DNA of 64,000 nucleotides, taken from assembly GCF_009914755.1 (NCBI RefSeq), contig NC_060928.1; one strand, 5' to 3'. The translations under genes were made by a program, and so were the position numbers. Below, piece by piece: positions 54,222-64,000 of the stretch. The stretch's first letter is position 1. Each line of letters opens with the position of its first letter. This DNA is from the human T2T-CHM13v2.0 reference genome, Homo sapiens. Below the pieces are notes generated by a model, which was not told the DNA's origin, did no database searches, and worked only from the letters and a program-made list of their open reading frames with translations.

Positions 54222-55287
54222 GTTGGCAGGAGGGAGAGTGGAGGGGAACTACCTCTAGGGCCTACCAAGAGTTTCAGAGACAGGTCATCCAGACCTTTCC
54301 AGCAGAGGGCAGTCACAGCTTGGTTTTTCTCATGCAACCCGTGGCTTCATTCCTTGGGTTTCACTGCCCTGGCAAGGCTAACTCCAGGTTCCAACGCTTA
54401 GGGTAGGGCAGTTCACTCTCTTTTTCTTTAATCCATGGATACGGAAAAGGCTTTTACTGAGGTCTCAAATTCCAGAGAAGACCTTGGCGATATTGTAACT
54501 ACATTTTTTTTTCATACAGGGTACAGAAATGAAGATGTATCTACGTAGATTTTCTTTTTGCTTCCCTGCTCTCAAGTTTGATCAACGATCATGTTGGAAC
54601 GTGTCTGTTCAGAATTTAATATGATTTAGACAAAGGCTTGAAGTTATGGTTGCTTAATTGAAAGTTTCTTGCAAAAGAGAAAAAATACAGACGTTTGAAG
54701 GTGGAAAACTAAGAGATTTAAGAAATATATGAGGAAACTCCTTTTCCCCTCCACCAGCTTGAGGAACTTCAAACACCTAGAAGGCATTTATTATTCAAAT
54801 AATTATTTTGTTAGTGATTACTGATAATTTATTAAAGTCCATAGTCCAGAAATCTGTTAATTAACTTTATATTTAAAAATTAAAATGGAATGTTATGCCA
54901 TTCTTACCAACAGCCAGGTTTTAGATAACGATGTGGTATAAATGATTTCAATTAATTACTGTTTCCTTCTCTTATTTAAATTTAGGATTCAATATTTATT
55001 TTTGCCAAATTATTAAAAAAATTTTTCCGTTTCATTAGGGAAGTTAGTTTAAGAGACTTAACCTCGCAATAAACTTCCAATTAGACAGTTTATTACAAAG
55101 TCTTACGTAGTGCATTCTTAATTTAAATATTATTCATTTCTAGCTGAACTTTCACGAATGATGTAAAGTTATTAATTACTGATACTACAGCTGAGTAAAG
55201 TAAGTCTTTGGTTCCAACTGAACCAGGAGAGAAAGGTCATTATATGTCTAAGAACTGGGCCCGCCTTACCTTTGGAGGAAGGGTACG

Positions 55288-55515
55288 ACAGAGCACAGAT
55301 TTTATGTTCTAAAGATGGCGGCACCAATATGGTTATCAAACTCACATGATTTCCTTACAAGGCGATTGACACACTTCTCAGTGGGGTTTGTTTTCTCCCC
55401 TTGAATCTAGGCAGGGCTTGTAACTGCCTTGACTAATGGAGTATCTCAGAAAGGATGCTATACAATTTCTAGTGCTAGTTCATAAATGGGATGTAGTTTC
55501 TGCCTGTCTCTACTG
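55288..55515 (+). mobile_element. MLT1F/G-like LTR 5' fragment
   Basis: AAAGATGGCGGC...CCCCTTGAATCTAGGCAGGGCTTGTAACTGC. Confidence 0.65.
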
Positions 55516-57409
55516 GAGGGACGTATAGGAATGGTGTGCCAGGTGCAGGCGACATCAAGGAGTGGTGTTGATAGCTACAAACGCTAACACTTTAAAGGTG
55601 TCAGCTTATATTATAGGCAGCGTGTGGGCTTAGAAGATTTTAATATTACTCCTATTCATGTTAGGGGGATAGAAACCCTCTGAAATCTATAGGTTGAATA
55701 GTCAAATTGTGAAAAGAGGATTTCTCTCTGGCTCTTTTAAATTAAACTGGGATAATTTTGGTTTTGAAGACTCTTCAATATCCCAAGAGTATAGTAGAGA
55801 CTAAAAAAGAAAACCCAGGCCACCATAACCTTGCCTGTTTCCATGACTAAGACATGCACTAAACACAGATAAGCATTATGAACAGAACTGTACAACTTTT
55901 GACCATGTAGGACAAGGTTGGAAAAATAAATGTGTTGTCTCTCAAGAACTTGAAAGGATGCATTAGATAGATTTAGACCAATGGCATAATTTCTTATTCA
56001 TTCCTGTTGCTTCTTTAATGTTCATCAATAACCAGGCAAGACGTGGACAGTGAGGAGCCCTGTTGTCTGAACAGGGCTGCTAATGAATTGGTATCTGCTG
56101 TCACAAGAGTGCAATCACTAAATTGCATCTGCCTCAAATACTGACATACCAAATTCCTGATGGCTATGTGAGAACACTCCTTCTACACTGTAGTTCCTAG
56201 TATGGGGGTGTGAGGATACTGAGCACTTCAAGGCAAACCAAGTTAGAGGGCACCCAAGGTGAGCACGTGAGAAGTAGATTCCTGTTTTAGACCAATTTTG
56301 TGTTGATTCACATGACTTTTTCACTGAAGAATATAATGTGATTTATTGTTTTTGTATTAGGAAACATTGAACACTGGTAGGCCATTTTTTTTTCTGAACT
56401 GATATTTGGCATTCTTTGTTATATATATGTTCCATAGATCACAAACACAACAGGTAAAAACAAAAGGAAACAGTGGGCCTTATATGTTTTGTAGGAACAA
56501 AAAAGCACTCTTAAAAATTATTTTGAATCAGATGTATCTTCCTCAACTACTGGTTCCAAACATGATTTAGGGGTTCTGAATAATGAAGGTTCATCTCTCC
56601 ATGTCATATATCATACTGTATCATCTCCTCATATTGTATATATATATATAATATAATACATAAAAGTTTTTCTTTTCAGTGTTCATTCACACAGTGATTT
56701 TTCATGTTACAGTCCGCTTAAAAGTATCACATCTAATCAATTATGTGACCTAAAAAAATTACATTAGTAAAAATTTACCTATGTGGTGGGTATTATGTGT
56801 CCAGTGACAAATAACTTATGACATTATAATACAAGAAACTATAAATATACAGGAGTGCAAATATACACACAGACAGTGTGTACGGTGTTCTTTTATTTCC
56901 ATTCTTTATCTTCATGATTGAACTTTATAGGCAGGGCCAGTGCTCAACTTCTGGGCTCCTAAAGTAACTGATAATGGCTCTAACATGGCCCTTCTCATAT
57001 TGCTGTGTTTAGTGGTTTATGTATCTGGGAGCCTCTGCAGGGTAAGGCTGAGGGTCACTCAAATTTCTAATACATGTTGGGTGCAGGTGCGTAATATATG
57101 TCTGTTGAGTAAAAGAGTGGTTCTTCTGATTTCATTTTGTTTGAATCCATTTTGGGTTCTAGGATTCAGATTCAGGTTGACATTTGACCTAATGTAGAAA
57201 AATTCTCCCAAATATAGGCAGAGCTGGTTATTATGCCCTGGAAAGTTTTCAGAAGGAGATATGATCTGTTCTTGTTTTTCCTAAATTGACCAGTTATCTA
57301 GCAAATCATCTGTGTCAGTGCTTATTTCTTTAGTGTTTCTGATACTTTTCCCAAAGAGTACTAATGCGTTGTGTTTGTGACTTCCTTTCCTTCCTTTATA
57401 AAAACATTT

Positions 57410-57532
57410 ATTTTTAAAAATTTCTCCCTAGCTTTATTGAGATATAATTAACAAATAAAAATTGTATGGCTTAAGGGTGCACAACATGTTTTGATATACA
57501 TATACATTGTGAAGTGATGACCGCAATCAAGC
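57410..57532 (-). mobile_element. L1MA 3' terminal fragment
   Basis: AGCTTTATTGAGATATAATTAACAAATAAAAATTGTAT...CATTGTGAA. Confidence 0.8.
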
Positions 57533-58686
57533 CTTCCTTCTTCACCTGTGTCAGATGTGTTGCTGGCTCCTGTTTTGTTGCAATGTGCCTCCTTTGAAAA
57601 TAGATAAAAAATTGTCACAAAATGAAATGATTGCATCATCTTTAAATTCATAATTACTTTAAAGCCCTACCTTGGGCCAATGTTACTAAGATTAGTATCT
57701 TTAAATGAGCGGTTCACCTTCGAGGGAAAAAGGAAATTGTATTAGGTCTCAGTTCTTTCATCAAGGAGCCTGGTGGTAAAATTAAACATTTATTTATACT
57801 TTCCAATAATTTTATGAATTATTTTCAAATATGCTCAAGGCTTGTTCATATATTTTATGAATTGCATGTATAACGTTTATAAAAATTTAACTTAATTATT
57901 AAAACACTAGTGAGGGTAGAAAGCAATGTCATTTGCTGCAATCTCATTTGCTACACGAGACAATACATAGCCTTTAATTTGTACAACTGTACTTCAGATT
58001 GAACATAAAATGCCTTCATACACCCATATGTTGTTTTCTTTTCCCAAGAAAAGGGCAAATAATTTTATAGCTTTTCTCTTTATATCGTTACATCATTTCT
58101 TAGTGTTTTCCTATGTTTTATGCAGTCATGACAAAATTTTTGTTAATGTGAATATGAGGTTTGCATAGAGAATGAGTGGATATTTTGATGGCTTAGTCTG
58201 TTTTTTTTCCTTTTCTGCCACTTTATATATTATTTAGAGGAAATATATTTGAGTGATCCTTATTTACTCTCTAAAAGTAATTGTTCCCCTTTTTATATTC
58301 TGACTTTGATTTAGGGAAAGTTGTTACTATATTAGTGACATCAAATAATTCTCTGAGTTGCCGAAACATTGAGTTACTAAAACATTGTAACGGTCAATAG
58401 GAGAATGTATCAGGTAGGTCACAAGGAGAAAACCATTAGGTTTTATTCAAGTAGTATTTAACATCCTGATAATCACTTTTGTTTTTATCAGCATGTTAGT
58501 GTGCAACAATGCAGTGCCTAGTTAGGTGCCTGGATGATGACACCAGGCTTGAGTGGTTTGAGTCTTGGTGCCACCATTTACTCACTATATGCTCCAATCT
58601 GCATTTTGGCTCGACATCCATAAAACAGGCACGACAATAATAATAATGTTTACATTGTAGGTTATTGTGAAGCATAATAAGATAAT

Positions 58687-59538
58687 TGATATGATTTGAC
58701 TATGTGTCCCCACCCAAATCTCATCTCAAATTGTAATCCCCATATGTCAAGGGAGCGACCTATAATCCCCCTGTTGAGGGAGGGAGGTGATTGGATCATG
58801 GGGGCAGTTTCCCCATGCTGTTCTTGTGATAGTGAGTTCTCACGAGATCTGATGGTCTTATAAGCATCTGGCATTTCCCCTGCTTGCACTTCTCTTCCCT
58901 GCTGCCATGTGAAGAAGGTTCTTGCTTCCCCTTCACTTAAGCCATAATTGTAAGTTTCCTGAGGCCTCCCCAGCCATGTGGAACTGTGAGTCCTTTCCTT
59001 TATAAACTACCCAGTGCCGGGTAGTAGAGGGTAGAAGAGTTTGGAGGGGTCAGAAGAAGATAGAACAATGTGAGAAAGTCTGGAACTTGTTAGAGACTTG
59101 TTAAATGGCTTTGACCAAAATGCTGATAGTGATGTGGACAACAAAATCCAGGCCGAGGTGGTCTCAAATGGAGATGAGGAACTTACTAGGACTGGAGTAA
59201 AGGTCACTTTTGCATGCTTTAGCAAAGAGACTGGTGGCATTTTGCACTTGCCCTAGAGATCTGTGTAACTTTGAATTTGAGAGAGATGGTTTAGGGTATC
59301 TGGTGGAAGAAATTTTTAAGCAACAAAGCACTCAAGAGGTGACAGAGCATAAAGGTTTGGAAAATTTGCAGGCTGACAATCTGATAGAAAAGAAAAACCC
59401 ATTTCTCGGGAGAAATTCAAGCTGGCTGCAGAAATTGCATAAGTAATGAGGAGCCAAATGTTAATCACCAAGACAATGGGGAAAATGTCTCCAGGGCATA
59501 GGGCATGTCAGTGACCTTCACGGCAGCCCCTCCCAGCA
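58687..59538 (+). mobile_element. THE1/MST LTR plus partial MaLR internal sequence, inserted in a MIR
   Basis: LTR 58687-59023, then THE1-int/MST-int (GCTTTGACCAAAATGCTGATAGTGAT, CCCTAGAGATCTGTG); MIR on both flanks. Confidence 0.9.
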
Positions 59539-59655
59539 TTCTATGTATAAGAAACATAGAATAATGTCTAGTATGTAGTAAACACTTAATATACCTCAGC
59601 CATTATTATTAATTATTGAAACAGTCTGGAGAAAATATCAAAGCATAATCACCTA

Positions 59656-60022
59656 TGATATGGTTTGACGGTGTCCCCACCCAAATCTTGAATTGTAGCT
59701 CCCATAATTCCCATGTGTCATGGGAGGGACCCGGTAAGAGGTAATTGAATCATGAGGGTGGGTCTTTCTGGTGCTTTTCTCATGATAGTGAATAAGTCTC
59801 ATGATTTATGATGGTTTTATAAAGGAAAGTTCCTCCGCACATGCTCTCTCCCTTGCCTGCTGCCTTGTAAGACATGACTTTGCTCCTCATTTGCCTTCCG
59901 CCATGATTGTGAGGCCTCCCTAGCCATGTGGAACTGTGAGTCCATTAATCCTCTTTCCTTTATAAATTACCCAGTTTCAGGTGTGTCTTTCTTTATTAGC
60001 AGTGTGAAAACAGACTGATACA
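59656..60022 (+). mobile_element. THE1B-like solo LTR
   Basis: TGATATGGTTTG...GGTAATTGAATCATG...GACTGATACA. Confidence 0.92.
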
Positions 60023-60412
60023 ATTTATATATAAATTTAGTTGTGACCAGAGACAAATAATACTAACTGTCTTATTTTGTGAATGGGGAAATTGAGGCAT
60101 ATAATTTCATGAAATATTTATTCATGAAGACATCTGTGACAAGTTAGTACCTATTTTACATCAGTAGCTTCTCTTTTACTGAAAATGACACTTTATCATA
60201 TAGTAAAGAAAATCATCTATACATATGATCTACACTATTTACACAAAGAAATGCTTTTCAAATTTTATGCAGTACTATCCCTAAAGGTGGGTGAGAATAG
60301 TAAACTTATAAAACTGCAGGGTAAAGGGGAATTGATGAAGCCAGCCAAAGAAAAATCGGTCTAAAATCTCCTGTTTTATCATTTGAAGACTGTGAATTTG
60401 TCCTTTGATGCC

Positions 60413-60912
60413 TCTATCAGTCAGCTTCTGGCAGGAGACAGCTGTCATTTTCAAACTGGGTAACTGAGGAGAGTGTTATAAACAGATTATTTATAAAGGT
60501 ATAGGTAGGTTTTAGGGCAATCACAAAGTAATAGCACAGTACTGTCTAGCGACAAACTGGGGTCAGGCACATCCCTCTTAGGCCTGACAAGTCAAAGGGA
60601 AGGAGGAGTTGACAGGACCCAGCCTAATGGAGAGATCTGCCTGGTAGGGGTTCTGAATTTGTTGAGCTTGACATGGCCAACATGAGGCATCCTATTAGGG
60701 GTGGGAGTATTCAGGAAACAAATGCTCCAACCTTACTCTCTTCCCTGCCACCGCCTCTAGCCAGCACTTCTGAATGGCTGAATGCAATGGATAGCAGGAT
60801 GGCAAGGGAGCCTGTTGAATCTGCCAATGCAAGTCAGCCTCCAAGTGCATAGGACAAGATGAATAAGGGTGAAGAATGAATAGAGAAGAGAAAATGAAAG
60901 ATATCTAGTACA
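60413..60912 (-). mobile_element. LTR33-like ERVL LTR
   Basis: GGCAAGGGAGCC; AGTCAGCCTCC; ends GATATCTAGTACA. Confidence 0.7.
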
Positions 60913-61110
60913 ATAAATTTATGTTTGCTACAATATTAAAATGACTTCAGCATTTACTCATTAAAACTACCATCACATTTTTCAGTAAAATCGATGCTTC
61001 AGGATAGAAGGGTTTGTGTGTCCTGGTTTGGGTAGCATGGACATAAGCAAGTCCTTTACTACAAAATTGATCTTTGGCAATTTTGAATCCCTAATTGAGC
61101 TGAATGGCGT

Positions 61111-61674
61111 TGTATTAGTTTTGTGGCCACACAATGAACTACTGCAAACTTAACAACTTAATATAATATAAATTCATTATCTCTCAATTTCTGTAGTCCA
61201 GGCAGGCTAGCTTGATTCTCTGGTTAGGGTTTTCTCTGGCTGAAATCAAGGAGACCATCAGGGCTGCAGTCTTCATCTGAGCTTGGATGTCCTTTTCCAA
61301 GATGGTTGTTGGCAGAATTGATTTTCTTGCAATTGTATAACTGCGTTCCTGTTTCCCTTCTAGCTATCAGCCGGGATCACTCTCAGCTCCTAAAGGTTGT
61401 CTGCAATTCCTGCAAATGTGGCCTCCATAGGCAGTTCACAAGGACGTTTGCTTTCTCCTAGGCCAGCTGGAGCATCTCTCTGACTTCCTCTTCTGGAATC
61501 AGCAGGAGAATACTCTGTCTTTTAAAGGGCTCATGTGATTATGTCAGGCCCACCCAGATAATCTCCCTAATTACAACCTGTATTACATCCAGCAGTGATT
61601 GAATAATGGGGAAAAGGTGTGTGCATACCAAGGCTGGGAATCTTGGGGAGCATCTTCAGGTTTTGCCTACCACA
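61111..61674 (-). mobile_element. MLT1E-like MaLR LTR
   Basis: TGTATTAGTT...TTTTAAAGGGCTCATGTGATTA...GCCCACCCAGATAATCTCCC...TGCCTACCACA. Confidence 0.82.
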
Positions 61675-62261
61675 GTGGGCCTTTAAAAAATTGCAGCACT
61701 CTTTCTTTCCACTCCCTGTGGAGGGTCTGATATTGTTGTTGACCTCTAAAACCTACAGTAATTTTGGGGCCTCTAGACGATCAGGAGCCACAAATGTAGA
61801 TGCCTTTAGGGGCTAAGTAGATCTCATAATCACGGTAAGGTCATCATTAGTGACAACATCTATTTCAGTTTTGGGTACACTTCTTGATTCAGCCACAGGT
61901 CATTCAAAATTGCAAATATAGTCTCAATTCAAATTTAAAATGCCAAGTCTCATGTAATAATCATGTAAGTAATACTGTAATTCTTGTTTATAACTCAGGG
62001 TTCCCTCCTTACAAGCCCTATAGAGCTACATTGGGAAGAGGGTTGTGATTTTGATTCTTTTCTCTTTCCATCCCTAGAGATTCCATTTCTGCCAAATAAT
62101 CTGGTTGAAGACCAGGGAGGAAGAGGAAGAAAGAGGGTCTGGAAAGGTCACACTTTCCTGAGTGCTGCACTCTGCCTGTGGCAGGTGTTTACATTGAACT
62201 CCTCTCATGGGCTTCCAGGTTCTCTTTGGAGAATCTTCCCTCTACAGCCTCACTCAGACAC

Positions 62262-62634
62262 TGATGGTTAAGCTTTGTGTCCCCACCCAAATCTCATCTT
62301 GAATTGTAATCTCCATAACCCCATGTCAAGGGAGAGAGCAGGTGGAGGTAATCGAATCATGGGGTTGGTTTCCCCATGCTGTTCTTGTGATAATGAGTGA
62401 GTTGTCACAAGATCTAATGGTTTTATGAGGGGCTCTTCCCCCTTCGCTCAGCAATTCTCCTTCCTGCTGCCTTGTGAAGAAGGTGCCTTGCTTCCCCTTT
62501 GGCTTCTGCCATGATTGTAAGTTTCCTGAGCCCTCCCCAGCCATGCTGAACTGTTAATCAATTAAGCCTTTTTCTTTACAAGTTACTCAGTCTCGGGTAG
62601 TTCTTTATAGCAGTATGAAAACAGACTTAATACA
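62262..62634 (+). mobile_element. THE1C/D-like solo LTR
   Basis: TGTGTCCCCACCCAAATCTCATCTTGAATTGTAA...TAATACA; near-TSD GACAC/CACAC. Confidence 0.9.
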
Positions 62635-63225
62635 CACACTCCCCCATCACCAGGTATCTCCAACTGGAAGATCTCTTAATACAGGCGAAGGACCCTCTTC
62701 TAACTCTTGTACATAAAGCTCTTAATTCAACTCCCATGAATCTGGAAGGTTTCCCCCAGCAACATTAAACTGTGGGGATTAGAGATTTGTTAGTGAAGTT
62801 TAGCATATTTTCATATGTTTATGATGCTTGCTTATATAGTTTGAGTAATCTATTTTATTGCTCATCTTTTAAAACTAATTTGTAGGTGTTCTATTTGCTA
62901 GATTCCAGTACATGACTTCTCTTTCAATTAGTCTATGAAGACTTTTTATCAAAGTTTTAAGTGTTAATGTAGGTAAATTTACCAATTTTGTTTCCCCTTT
63001 CCTCCCTTTTTGAATTAGTAATATTTTATTAGTACTTAACTTTATATTTTAGAAATCGCATTTAATGTGACCCAGTTAAACTTAATTAAAATCTTTTCTT
63101 AATTCTTAAAGGTCTGACAATTTTACATGTTGGAATGTGTTTCCCTCATGCTTTAAACAAAAAATAAAAATACTTTTAAAGTCACATTTTATGTATCTCA
63201 CAGTCATACATTAAAACCATTCTTA

Positions 63226-63536
63226 GGCCAGGCGTGGTGGCTCATGCCTGTAATCTCAGCACTTTGGGAGGCTGAGGTGGGTGGATCATGAGGTCACGAG
63301 ATCAAGACCATCCTGCCTAACACAGTGAAACACCATCTCTACCAAAAATACAAAAAATTAGCCGGACGTGGTGGTGGGTGCCTGTAGTCCCAGCTACTCA
63401 GGAGGCTGAGGCAGGAGAATGGCGTGAATCCGGGAGAAGGAGCTTGCAGTGAGCTGAGATCGCACCACTGCACACTCCAGCGTGGGCGACAGAGCGAGAC
63501 ACTGAGGGAAAACAAAACAAAACAAAACAAAACAAA
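63226..63536 (+). mobile_element. AluY-like with (CAAAA)n tail
   Basis: GAGATCAAGACCATCCTG, GAATGGCGTGAA, GAGCTTGCAG; TSD core ATTCTTA. Confidence 0.93.
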
Positions 63537-63689
63537 ATTCTTATTATTTATCCAGATTTATCAAAAGTTTATTAAATAGAATACAATGGCAAAATTCAAG
63601 GCTTTTAACAATTGAGTGGTAAAGTTCAAGTGGAAGAAAGCAAAACTCAGAGGAGTAAGAGAAGAAAAGAACAATATTTTGCCTATGCC

Positions 63690-63915
63690 ATTTAATTCCC
63701 ACAAATTTGCAAAGTGAGCATTGTTATTCTCAGTTTCCAGATGAATGCACTGAAATAATTTGGATATTTATCCTCTCCAAATTTCATGTTGAAATTTGGA
63801 GGTGGGGTCTGGTGGGAGGTGTTTTGGTTTACTCAGCCAAAGAATTTAGCTTCTTTGATTCGAAGCTGAGATTTGAACCCAGGGTCCTTTGATTCCAAGC
63901 CCAGATATTTACCAC
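63690..63915. mobile_element. MIR fragment (minus) containing a short MST-type LTR piece (about 63758-63828, plus)
   Basis: GAGATTTGAACCCAGG MIR motif; TCATGTTGAAATTTG...TGGTGGGAGGTGTTTTGG MST motif. Confidence 0.6.
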
Positions 63916-64000
63916 AATATCTCTGTGATCATCCAATTTATATGTCTCAAGTATCTGTGCCATTGACAAATTGTAAAACTGTGCATGTATACATTATACC

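Overview
Primate (human-like) AT-rich, CpG-poor genomic DNA, intergenic or deep-intronic. No protein-coding gene, tRNA, rRNA, CRISPR array or CpG island is supported. The recognisable ORFs derive from L1, Alu or LTR sequence, and the rest look spurious. More than half the window is transposon relics: about 13 Alus, many L1 fragments (almost all on the minus strand), about 22 solo or partial LTRs (mostly MaLR, concentrated right of 24 kb), DNA transposons (Tigger2a, Tigger3a, MER1B, MER91A, MER5), MIR and L2. Subfamily names come from recalled consensus sequences and need RepeatMasker/Dfam confirmation. I found no convincing new biological system. The best leads are: an intact MER50 solo LTR with an overlapping NRF1/GCM1 motif, a TATA box, a mutated poly(A) signal and a strong downstream splice donor (candidate trophoblast LTR-driven lncRNA); DUX4 motifs in THE1/MST LTRs; a four-copy GATA cluster; a twin-primed inverted L1; an L1-associated deletion; and opposite strand biases of L1s and LTRs.
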